Below, one piece after another: positions 49,994-61,058 of a stretch of DNA of 64,000 nucleotides (the stretch's first letter is position 1; each line of letters starts with the position of its first letter). A program made the position numbers and the translations under genes. This stretch comes from Eremomyces bilateralis CBS 781.70 (Eukaryota). The stretch lies in assembly GCA_010015585.1 (NCBI GenBank), contig ML975151.1. The stretch is one strand, 5' to 3'. A model generated the notes under the pieces. That model saw nothing but the letters and a program-made list of their open reading frames with translations, was not told the origin of the DNA and ran no database searches.

Positions 49994-52900
49994 TTATTGT
50001 ACGCTCCCAAACGCCTTCTTCATCCGCTCCTGCCACTCCACGCTCTTCCGCATCGTTTCGCCCAAGGTGTTCCCCTCCCCACTCCTACTCGACCGTCCAT
50101 CCTCCCTCCCCTCGCTACCGCTCCCGAACCGATGCCGCAGAATCTCCTGCACCTGACCCTCCCGCTCCGCTTCCTCCGCCCGCTCCTTGACCAACTCCAC
50201 GCTGCTCTTCTTCGTCCCGCGATCCCACCCCTGCTGCAGCTCGTCCGCCGCTGCCTCCTCGAACCGTTTGCGGACGCCTAGATCCTGCTCGAGCTGCTGA
50301 AAGATGTTGACATCATTGGGGAGGTACGCGGAGAGGAGGCTGGAGACAGCGATCTCGAAGATGAAGACGGCGGTAATGATGAGGATGAGGGAGAGCCACC
50401 AGGATGGGTTGGTGCCGAAGCGGGAGTAGATGCCGCCTTTGACGTTGTAGATCTTGTCGTTGCTGTCCTTGTAGAGAGCGGCGAGGATGATATTCCAGAG
50501 GAACCAGGCGAGGATAGAGAGGAAGAGGCTGATAGCGACGGCGATGGATTTGTTATGCATTTCGATGACCCTGACGAGGGTGTTAGTCGAGACTTGCCGC
50601 GTGGAAACGGTTGGATGAGATGGTACTTACTGCATCTTCAATGAGATGATAATCACCACTGCAGTGAAGGTCATGTCACCCAGCGCCCAAAGCCCCTGAT
50701 CCTTCGTGAACACCGCTTGGCCATATAGCCCCAACATGCAGAAATACACCACCATCGCCTCGCACGACGCCATAAACGTCCACCACAAGTAGACCTTGAA
50801 GTTGAACCCTCGATTCTGCTGCCCAATATTGTACAACTCGGGCACCGCCAGAAGCGTCGAGGCCGCCAGATCCTTTTCAAAAATGCCCATGAAAATGACG
50901 GGTAGCGAGGTGAACAGCGTATTGAACATGCTCAAGCTCCACGGCTCGTAGAGACTGGTCCCCGTGTATCCCGCCCAGCGCTGAAACAGCGCTTGCGTGA
51001 GGTAAAAGAGCATTTCTTTCCAAAATGTCCCGACGGTGTATTTGCACGTCCGCACGTAGTTCCACCGTCCGTGGACGAGCAACAGCTTGGTCAAGAACCG
51101 GAACTGCGCGATAGAGTAATCCGACGTCCGTGCCGCCTGCAAGCCTTCTTTTCCGGTAATGCCGATTCCGACGTGCGCTTCTTGGATCATGGCGATGTCA
51201 TTCGCGCCGTCGCCGATCGCGAGGGTGATGGACTTCTTGACACGTTTCCGGATCGCTTTGACCAGGCTGGCTTTCTGGCTCGGGCTGGCGCGGCAACAGA
51301 CGACCGAGTCGGCGAGGATGGCGAGGTCGAAGAATAGCGCGCGGATGGGCGCGTCGGCCTCGATCGTGGCGAGAGTTTGCCCGTCGACGACTACGACGGA
51401 GTGCGCGACGCTGCCGTCGTTGATCCCTAGGATCGCCGCCGCAATGTGCTGCTCGACCTCGCCTGCCTCCTGGTCGAGAACCGTGACGATGGAATAGTCC
51501 TTAATAAGGCGACATGAATGGCCAATATTGATCGCCGTTTCTCGTTTGTCGCCCGTCAACATCCACATCTTGATGTTCGCACGTCGCAGCTTGTCAATTG
51601 CCTCGGGGACGCCCTTTTGTAGCTTATCCTCGATGGCGGTTGCACCGGCGAGTTCGAGGTCGGTTTCGATGAGCTCGCCGGCTTGCTCGATCATGTTCTG
51701 GCGGTCCACGAGACTGGTAGTTGCGTCGAGGTAGACCTTCTTCCAGGTACTGTATTCGTCTGCCGTCAAGAACCGGAACCCGTAGAGTAGCGTCCGCAGT
51801 CCCTCGGTCGCGAAGTCATTGATATGCTGGAAACATCGTTCGAACACGGCCGCCTCGTCCGCGACCATGGCCTCCTCCACGAGATCGTCCATCTCGTCCA
51901 ATTGCATGGAACTCCGCGCCTCCGACCCCACCATCGACGGCCGCCCCAACTGCGCCGACGGCCGCGGCGAGTAATACGGCGCATGGCTCTCCAAATTCGA
52001 CGCATCCACATCCGTTTCCCGCTCCGTCAACCAATCGTCCAACGTATCGCGAATCGGCCGTAGCCGCCCCCCGCTCATGCTCGGCCGACTCAGCCCGCCG
52101 AAACTTGGCCGCCCCACGTTGAGACTCATGCTCGGCCGACTCAGTCCCCCGACGCTGGGCCGCCCTAAGCTCAGACTCAAGCTCGGCCGCGTAACGCTCA
52201 CCTCGCGCGCGAGCTGCTCGCTCCGCCGCTGGATGGCGAACTGCGCCTCCAGGCTCTTCCGGCGGTTTGCGCGCCCCTCGATCTCCACGACCTTCTGGTT
52301 CGCAAGCGCCGCGTTCTTCAGCAGCTGCATGACAACCGAGTCGGCGCCCTTGCAGAGCACGCAGACGCGGCCGTCGGGGAAACGGACGACAGCAGACATG
52401 CGCTTGCGGCGGGAGGAGAACTCGATGATATCGAGGATGTCGTAGCGTTGGGTGATGGGGGTGGGGCTGCCGTCGGGGTGAGGGTGGGTAAGGGTGAGGG
52501 TGTAGGCGTCGCGGTTGATGGCGAGGTAGCCGAGCTCCTGTGCAGCGCGGATGAGAGCGATCTCATCGGGGGAGGACGCTTGGAAGTCGACGGTGCCGTC
52601 GGGTTGTTTCTCGGGGAGACAGGTGTGGCAGAGGGCGATGGAGAGGAGGAACATGCGTGCCTTGCGCGCGAATAAGGTGTTGGGGCGCCGTTGAATATAT
52701 CGAATGAGCTCTCGCGTACGGAGCTCCGGTTGTGATTTGGCTGGTCGAGCGCTGGATTTCCAGGCGGAGGACTCGGGTGGGACGTCGGCGTCGACGATGG
52801 CGTCGGTACCGGATTTGTCGGCGGGTAGGCGTTTTCCGCTCTCCGACAAGCGTGATTTCTGCTCCGCCCGCAGGCTTTTGCCTTTGCGCTTCTTGTGCAT

Positions 52901-55129
52901 CAGCTTCTTCTTCCCGCACTCCCCCTCGACGAGGTCCACGTCGTGTAGCCACGCAGTTCCGGCCACCGATATCTTGCGAAACTTCATGGAATTGTCCGTC
53001 AGGGTGCCAGTCTTGTCCGAGAAGATGTAGCTGACTTGGCCGAGCTCTTCGTTGATCGTCGAGGTTCGGGGCTCGCACGGGGTGTTGGAGACCTCGTCGT
53101 ACATATCGATATCGTTCAAGAAATACATCTGGGCCAACTTGATGATCTCCAAGCTGACGTAGAGCGACAGGGGAATTAGCGTGTTGAACATAATGATGAA
53201 CGACGCGAGGATGGGAAAGAATGCGACGCGCGCGTTCTCGAGGTACCATGACCGGCTCTCGTGGCGGTTTTTCCAAATCTGATAGGCCACGGTATTAAAG
53301 AGGGCGAGCAAGATCACGAAGACCACCACGACGATGACGATCTTGTTCACGATCGCCTGCAGCTGCGGCGCCTTGATACGCGGGTTTTTGTTCGCGTTCA
53401 TCCGGATCTTGCACTCCTCGCCCGAGTAGATGACCATCCCGATGGCTTCAGGGGTATTCCGGAGGATGCTGCCACGGTACACGATCTCATTATTGGTCAA
53501 CGGCGCCGTCTCGTCGTCCACGGTGACGCGGCCCTCGAAGTTGTAGAGGTCGAGGTTGGGGTCCTCGACGACGAATTTGGCGCGACATGCCGCAATCGCC
53601 TCCAAATCCGTGCATGATTTCGCGACCGATGGCGCGGCCTGTTTGGTTTTCAGGTTCGTCTCGCCGTCCAGCGCCATGGTCTCAATGTATGCGATGTTGT
53701 TCGGTCCGTCCGAATGCAGCAGCGCCAGATCGGCCGGGGCCGCGTCGTCTCGCTCCAGCCGAACGATATCGCCGACCTTCAGGTCCCGCCACTTCGTCGC
53801 CGCCCACACCAACGGGCCATGGCTCGGCGACTTCGGTGGACCGTCCGGCACCTGCGCGGACGTCGGCTCATACGCATGCAACACCTGTGCATCGCGATTG
53901 TTCTCCCCCTTATCCAAGCGATACCTCCGCAGATCGTCGTACCCCTCCTTCGCCATGGCGAGCATGACGAACACTAGCAGCGGCACGATGGTCGTATACG
54001 TCCCCGTGGTGCTCAGCCCGGGAATCATCTGTAAGATCGACACGCTCAGGAAATAGAAGTTCGCCAGCTTCGAAAACTGCGCGAACAGCTGCCGCGGCAC
54101 GAAGTTCCACGCCGTGTACCGCGTCGACCGGATCGTGTTCCCCACGTACTCTCGCCCCGTCCGCTCGTCCACCCGCGCCCGCTTCCGGAACGCGTCCAGC
54201 TCCACATGCCGCCCGTCCGCGCTCGCCGGGATCTCCTGGATGCGCAGCACGAACCGTCGTGCCCGCCGGTACAGCGTGCGTATCCGCTTCGTCACCTCGT
54301 TCCGCCCGTGCCGCCGCTTCTGCACCCAGTTCGCGTAGTTTGGCAGCGCCGACACCCCGTGCTCGGCTTTCATCGCCTGTAGCCGACTCAGCGCATCCCC
54401 GCCTACCCCCGCACCGGTGGACGACACCGGCACGATGCTCTCGATCGATTTCCTGCTCTTAACCCCGTTCCCCGGCTCGTTCCCTGCTGACGGCCCCGCC
54501 GGCTCCACCAGCTCGATCACCGTCGCCGCCTTCGACTGGTGCGTGTCCACGTTCCGCTGAAACAGCGTCCTCCGCAACGAATACCCACGACTCCGCCCTG
54601 CCGGCGCCACCGGCGACGTGGACCGCTCCCGCGGCGCGTCCTCGCCGCTCGCCCCGCTGCGTGACCGTCCTTGCTCTAAGATCGTCGACACCGGCACCGC
54701 GTCGTCCGGCGCGTCGAGTTCACTCCCTAGCCCCGCGCCGGGGGTTTGCTCTCCAGGATTGTCGACCTCTGGCCTCCGTAGGCTTCTAGGAGTGGTCGGT
54801 TCGCTCGCACCGCGTCCGCCTGTTGACGCGACCTCCGGACCGGGAGTTTCTATCTCCATTGAGAACCGCACGCGCGGGGTAGGTTCTACAGCGGAGGAGG
54901 CGGATGCGACGGGGTGCAGCTGGTCGGGGCGATCGGTTCCAGTTCCATTTCCGTTGCCGTGTTCGTGTCCTTGTCGGGGTGTCGTGGGGTGCGGGGAATC
55001 GGCATGTGTGTCCTCGCTTGAGGTTCGAGATAAGACTGTTCCGGCATCGATGTCGTGGCGGTGCAAGGAACGGCGGCGGACGCCGCTTGAGCGATTCGAG
55101 TCGGGGGGAGGGGGGTCGTCGTCTGCCAT
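49994..55129 (-). CDS. DNF3: P4-type ATPase phospholipid flippase, Dnf3/DnfC-like; 2 exons
   Basis: QFSKLANFYF, LDGETNLK, IPLSLYV, SDKTGTLT, SSPDE, TGDKRET and GDGANDI. The subfamily call rests on overall resemblance. Confidence 0.88.
52074..52189 (-). repeat. 51-nt tandem repeat (~2.3 copies) within the flippase cytoplasmic insert
   Basis: CTCATGCTCGGCCG recurs at 52074 and 52125, and as the variant CTCAAGCTCGGCCG at 52176. It encodes RPSLSLSLGRPSVGGLSRPSMSLNVGRPSFGGLSRPSMS. Confidence 0.85.
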
Positions 55130-56671
55130 TGTTGGACCGGGAGGTGGCGATCTAGAAGACCGGCGACGAAGGCATTAGCATAGTGTATCTATCTAATACT
55201 TCAAATATTTGCAATGGGAATGAATGCACTCATCGACGCCGCCGATCAGCGGATGTGCACGGCTTCTCGAACATGGCCGAAGTGGGCGAAAGAGGACTTA
55301 CCAGTCGCCAAAGCTGGCAAATCAGACCCTCTCCAAAGCGGGACTCGACCACATCCTCTCATTGATTTGTAAATCCAGGAAGAATGAGGGTAATGTAGCA
55401 AGCCATGTTTCAAAATGTATAGAAGTGTAGAAAGACGGAAAGTTGGCAGGATGAGGCTGAAAAGGTTCACAGACAGGTTGGTTGCCGGCGGCAGGTTGCC
55501 GGTCGATGGTGGTGTCCCTTGTCTGAATGGGGAGTGGTGTGGTCACTATTGTTAATAATCCAGTTGCCCACAATAGTGTCCGGTCGTGGAACGGGCGAGT
55601 TCCGCAAGTCTATCGCCCCCATTCTAGGTGGATACTAAATAATACAGATCCTCTCATAAACTAAGAGAAAATCCCTTAGAGATTAAGATTGGTGTTCTTG
55701 AGGACTGAGGAGCCACAAGATATCCGCTGCTATTATGGCTCCTAAGGAAAAGTCACTTAATGGGCAGGAAATATCACCTACCACCACCTGAAGGGTAGGT
55801 ATATAGCACAGCATATAACACCACACAAACTAGCACAGCGTGAAATCACATCCTTCATTCGTTTCGGCTAGAATACATCTCCCCAATCCCGATGCCGTTC
55901 CAGTTCGTCCATCCACGAACAGACTTTCATGTGCGTTGGCCCGGTCATCCATCCCAGGGCCCCGTCCATATAAAATGGAAAAGTCCACTGAACCCGCACG
56001 ACGCCAAATCATTAGAATGCCCTTTTGCGAAAGAGGAAAAACACACATAAAGCGCCATGCCCTGTTTCGTTCCCTGGGATGGAGTGATCGTTCATCGGGG
56101 GAGTATCGGTGTTTTTTTGGGTGGGATAACAATGAAAAGCCGGTATCAATAAGTTTGGAGCGCGTCGGATTCCCACTCATGTGAGACGCGCCCGGTTTTT
56201 GAGGTTTCGCCGGATTGGAAAAAAAAAACGCCGTGGGAGGCACCCGACCACCCTGTGGATTCGTCCGTCTCTATCGCCAATACCCGTGTCCCTCGGTCGT
56301 CGAACCTCATTAACTCCGTTTCGTTCAATTGGGGAATCAAGTCGCTCTCTCGTTCGTTTGCTTGTTGCTTGCTTGCTTGCTTGCTCATTCATTCGGTCGC
56401 GTTTTTCGTGTTCCGGGCGCGACGAATGTAAAGAATACCGCATCCCCTACCATGTCGCTGGAGGTGAGGTAGGCTGGGGAGGAAAGAACCGCAGTGAAAG
56501 CCATCAAAAGCCATCATCCGAACCGCTCACAATGCAATACGCTATGCTGAATTGCAGAATCAACCATCGAAAACCATGGAATGGCCCGCCTGCCGCTGAC
56601 CCCTCTTGAATCCTCTACATTTCCTCCAAAGTTCATCGATCCTGCTTTTGACCGTCCGTATTTTTTTGCGC

Positions 56672-58570
56672 TCATTGCTGCGCCTGCTCGCACCAATGCC
56701 GATGATACACCCACGCGCTCTTCTGGCACTCCTTGCTGCAGTACTTGGTGCGCCGACAGCGCCGGCACTTGGCGAACTGGCGCGCGTACTCCTCCCAGCG
56801 CCCGCACTGGTAGTACGCGCACTGCCGGATGCCGCCGCGCGAGTCGTCCTTGCGGCAGAGGTTCCGCATCACCACGCCTGCCCAGTACTGCATCTCCTGC
56901 CCGTGGTGCTTCACGGTGAACTTCTCGACCACCGGGAAAATGTTGAAGTCGTCGGGGAGGAGGTATTCGTCGTCGGGATCGCACTCGTCTGCGGTGGTGG
57001 GGGATTGCGCGGTCTTGGAGGATGAGGAAGTGGTGGGGTCGGAGGAGGATGCGGTTGCGGACGAGCTAGGGTCGGATGGCAGGTCGTCGAGGAACGAGAG
57101 ATCCTTGGCGATCTTGAGGCGGGGGACGAGGTGCGATTTCTGGAAGTAGGATCGCAGATTGCAGTACTTGGACACGTAGGCGAGGAGTTGCAACGACATG
57201 AGCACGTCGTCGTCCCGGGGCATCGTGGCCAGGAGACTGGCAGTGAGATTCCGATCTTGCGCGAAGCGTGGGAACCACCCGGTCGTGAGCGGTTGGGTGC
57301 TTGGGTTCACCATGCCATTGAGCACGGTTTGGCCGGGAGCGAACCCGATCCCAGCAGCGGGTTGGTTGGCAATCGGGTTGATGAGACTACCGTCGATGGC
57401 GGAGGGGTGGTTGATATCGAAGGTTTCATTCTCGGTGTTCTCCGAGGCAGGCGGGGTGAGTCGGACCGGAGTGGCGCCGGCATCCAACATTTCCTCGTTT
57501 TCAATGTCTTGCATGTGGATGTCATTTTGCAAGGTGACGGTCGGGTCGGTTTGACCAGGACCGGTCGAATCCACCGGCATGATGTCGTCACTTGGGATAT
57601 CGTCGCTAACACCGGACATGGAGAGTTGATGTCGGATGGAAGGTCGTCGAGGAGTACGGTCGGGATCTTCTTGTGTGACGGAACTGATGGATTGAAGCTG
57701 GGCGGGGGCGCTTGGAGTGGTGGGAGATCCAGGCTGGGAAGTCAGTTCCGCCTGGAGGGAGGGGAGCATCGAAGGGAGGCGGTCCGAATCGCGGACCGGT
57801 CGGAGGTTCATGTTTTCGGGTGGCTGCGTCATTGTCGGGCCTGCAGTCACCAGCGGTTGAGGGATGAGAGGCCGTCCACTTCGACTTGCGAAGGTTGTTC
57901 TCTCATCGATGCTTGGGGTCTGCTGGTGTGTACGTCCCGTCCGTGGGCCGGTGAAGGTGGTTCGCTCAGGCGGGGAGCTGAGTGAGAAGGGAGGAGGCAC
58001 AGGATCGTTGTCGAGTCGACCTTCGGTGCTGTACGGAGCGGGAATCTCGATGGGGGGGGGTGCATGTCGACGATGCCTGTCAGATCGATGGGTCGACAAT
58101 GATGCGAGGTCACTGCCACGAGACAGATGTCTTGAACCGAGACGTGCAGCACCACGCTTGAGGTCGGCCTCGGCACGCTCTCGACACTTATCCATGACCC
58201 GAATATAGTTGTCCAGCAGTGTAGCGATGACGGGGACGATGTCTGCCTCGACGACCCTGGTCCGTACACTTTCGGATCCTCGCACGCCGATATTGACCAC
58301 GCATTGGAAGGCTAGGTTCCATTTCCACACTTCCATCAGATCGCCGGCTTTGCCATCTTTGAGGATGGACACCAAGCGCTCAACTCCGCCATCGACGGTT
58401 AGAATGTCCCGTATCCGTGGAGATGATGTCGTAAGGTATGCCAGATGATTTAGTGAATTGATAAGAGGAAGGGTAGAGGTGCAGTCAAGGGCTCGTCGGT
58501 CGTACAGAGCGGTGGTGATGCCCACCGACGCCTTGTTGGAGTTCGGGATGCTGAAGTTGACTTCCCTCAT
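56672..58570 (-). CDS. samB: MYND-type zinc finger protein SamB/Mub1, intronless
   Basis: N-terminal MREVNFSIP...ITTALYDRRALDCT, YWAGVVMRNLCRKD and the MYND finger CAYYQC...CRRC...YCSKECQKSAW..HRHWC. Confidence 0.93.
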   Translation of the reverse strand: MREVNFSIPNSNKASVGITTALYDRRALDCTSTLPLINSLNHLAYLTTSSPRIRDILTVDGGVERLVSILKDGKAGDLMEVWKWNLAFQCVVNIGVRGSESVRTRVVEADIVPVIATLLDNYIRVMDKCRERAEADLKRGAARLGSRHLSRGSDLASLSTHRSDRHRRHAPPPIEIPAPYSTEGRLDNDPVPPPFSLSSPPERTTFTGPRTGRTHQQTPSIDERTTFASRSGRPLIPQPLVTAGPTMTQPPENMNLRPVRDSDRLPSMLPSLQAELTSQPGSPTTPSAPAQLQSISSVTQEDPDRTPRRPSIRHQLSMSGVSDDIPSDDIMPVDSTGPGQTDPTVTLQNDIHMQDIENEEMLDAGATPVRLTPPASENTENETFDINHPSAIDGSLINPIANQPAAGIGFAPGQTVLNGMVNPSTQPLTTGWFPRFAQDRNLTASLLATMPRDDDVLMSLQLLAYVSKYCNLRSYFQKSHLVPRLKIAKDLSFLDDLPSDPSSSATASSSDPTTSSSSKTAQSPTTADECDPDDEYLLPDDFNIFPVVEKFTVKHHGQEMQYWAGVVMRNLCRKDDSRGGIRQCAYYQCGRWEEYARQFAKCRRCRRTKYCSKECQKSAWVYHRHWCEQAQQ

Positions 58571-59149
58571 GGTGATGGGTGAGGTCAGTGACTTTAGCTA
58601 ATCGAGCTCGGTTGAGGTAGGACGACGATGGAACCAGATCGTGGCAGAGTGCGAATGTTTGTAATGCACTCTCAACACCGGCTTGGCCACCACGGAGATT
58701 GCTAATGGCGTGAAGCTATCGACCAGCGGCAAATGGCGATAACGTTGCTGCTCAAGATGCAGGCAGTTTGACAGCACCACAGGTTGATGAAGCATGCACT
58801 GATTCGAAGCCCAGTCAAGGGTTAATCAATGAGCTGCCTCGATGTTGCCGTCCGAATTTCCCGATGGACTTGGCCGTTGTAATGTCGGATGTTGGCAGTA
58901 CGGTGATCTGAGGTCCCAAAGATGGAACGACACACGGCTGCGGATGACTGCACAATGATGCACAATCTGATGATGGATCGAAGGCAATAAAGGATCCGGA
59001 GTCGAGGATGAGGATCAACGGCTGCGAGGAGAGGCAGCGGATGAGTGGTCCGGGATGGGAAGAGGACAGGAAGAGGTGCTTCGGTGGTGACGATTTCGCA
59101 GTCCGTGAGGGAGATCCCAACGGTGCTGAGTGAGGGATGGGCCACAGCC

Positions 59150-59420
59150 AAGCAACAGCAAGGAGTACGGTAAGGAAGGGTTGGTAGGGCCACGGAATAA
59201 AAGGGCACAGAAGAGAAGGAAGTGGTGGAAGGAAGGGATTGGGATGGAAGGGAAAGAAAGATAGATGGAGGGAGTGGATGGTATGGGGAGGGAGTGAATG
59301 GAAGTGAAGAGGAGAAGGGGGATGGTTGGTGAAGGGTGGATGGTTTCAGTGAGAAAGTGAGGAGTGGTGTGTGGAAGGGGAGGGTCCAGTGGTGTGTGTT
59401 GGCTGTTGGAGGGGGTGTTA
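59150..59420 (-). promoter_or_regulatory. Long CT-rich tract upstream of samB (probable TSS / 5' leader region)
   Basis: About 270 bp that is strongly purine-rich on + and pyrimidine-rich on the samB sense strand. CT boxes commonly mark TSS regions in filamentous fungi. Confidence 0.5.
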
Positions 59421-61058
59421 GTGAGTATCGGAGTGGGCGGGAGTGATGGGGGCACCGGACATGGGCGGTCCAGAGCCCCCAGAGACAGGCAAATCCGCAA
59501 AACTCCGCAAGAAAAAGGCCCCTAAATACAGTGTACTCCCGTAGCTGGAGGGCGAGGCGATGGCGAGGCGACGATGTGGCTGGTCGGTGATTGGCTGGAA
59601 TTTGCGCCTCCTCTGCAACCCTCAAACGCGACACCGCCACACACCGACAGTCCTGCTAATCTCTGTGCTTGTTCTTCTAACTATCTGCAAACATTAGGGG
59701 CACAGTTCCAGTTGATACTAGTATATTTATTCTAATCTTCAAATTATCTACAATCTCATTAAACCACTCTATAGAATCCGATTACCAAAGTCAATCTCTT
59801 CGGCTGTCGACTGAGTCACACGTGAGTGATGTGAGTGATGCGTCGCAGACGAAGGAGAATCGATCAATTCACATGTGCCACCACCACGTGAGCAGCCAGC
59901 CCTATGGGTGCGGCTTGGGCCGGTAGTTACGCCACTATCAGCCCCATCTGTTATGATCTGGATCGATCATGAATTCATGATGTCTTGTCACTCCACATCG
60001 GCGACTCAGTTCCATCTAAATCAACTTCTCTGCGTCTAGTTTCATGTCTTTCATAGCCATCGGGTTGTCTGACAGGGCCGAGCCGTGTCGCGTCTTCGCA
60101 GGGCGTCCGAAAGGATGAGGAGAAAGGGCCATCCCGTACGGAGAGACGAGGTCAAGTCTGCCTGTGGCGTGGTGTGGGTAGTGGGTACCTGACTGTTAGA
60201 TCCATCTAAAGCATATCGACTCTTGTCACTTGCGCAACCAAAGAGCAACTTCACGATAGGCTGTTACAGTCCTAGTAGTATTTAGAGGAATTAACCAACG
60301 GAATGGCAGAGTAGTAGCGATAGGTTGGATTAATAATAACCAATCCCCTTGACATTGGGTGTGTGGATGGTGAGGGACCTTTCCTGGGAATGTTTTTATG
60401 ACGCAAGGGACGAATCAGGGAGTGGAGAGCCTAAATTTAGGCGGTTGACAGCCAATCAGCAGGCGCTGGGCACTGAACCACGAAACGACCAGGGTCCCGT
60501 CCTATTCATCCCGCGGTGCAGTGCGCTGGACATCAACAACTGGACAACACCAACAAAACATCCTCCCTGGCCCCAAACAATGTCCTTCTTCCCCCCCATT
60601 TCTGGCCGCTTAGATCTCCAAAATCCCCCCGACCTTGCACCATGGCAAGCCTGAGCTAGATCCGACGTGAAGTGCCGCTGTTGAGTTCAATTGTAGAGCA
60701 ATTGCTCCTGGTAGCTCGGCGGGCGGCGGTCAAGGAAGGAGTGCAATCCCATCCAGCTATTGATACTACCGGTATGTGAGGTTTAAGCCTTTTCTGCTCA
60801 GGAGTTCGGACGATGTCTTCTTCAGGCTCGGGTTGAGCTCCAAAAGTCTCAGATCTCCCTGTTTCTTCTGCCGAGTCCTTTGCTGACCGAGTGTGATAGG
60901 TCGCAAAGATCGTAAAACGGAACGAAAATATCGACCGCGCATTCCAACCCTCTTCCACTTAACAGGGCACTATTCCACGGACTTCTTTCCATCTTTACAG
61001 CCTGAACACTGTGATTCTAGAGTCTTCAACTGGCGCATCACCGCCTGCCTATACCAAC

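Noticed and set aside
58822..59640. 272-aa Pro/Ser/Leu-rich ORF upstream of samB
   Set aside because: A by-product of the CT-rich tract, which lacks stop codons; non-ATG start.
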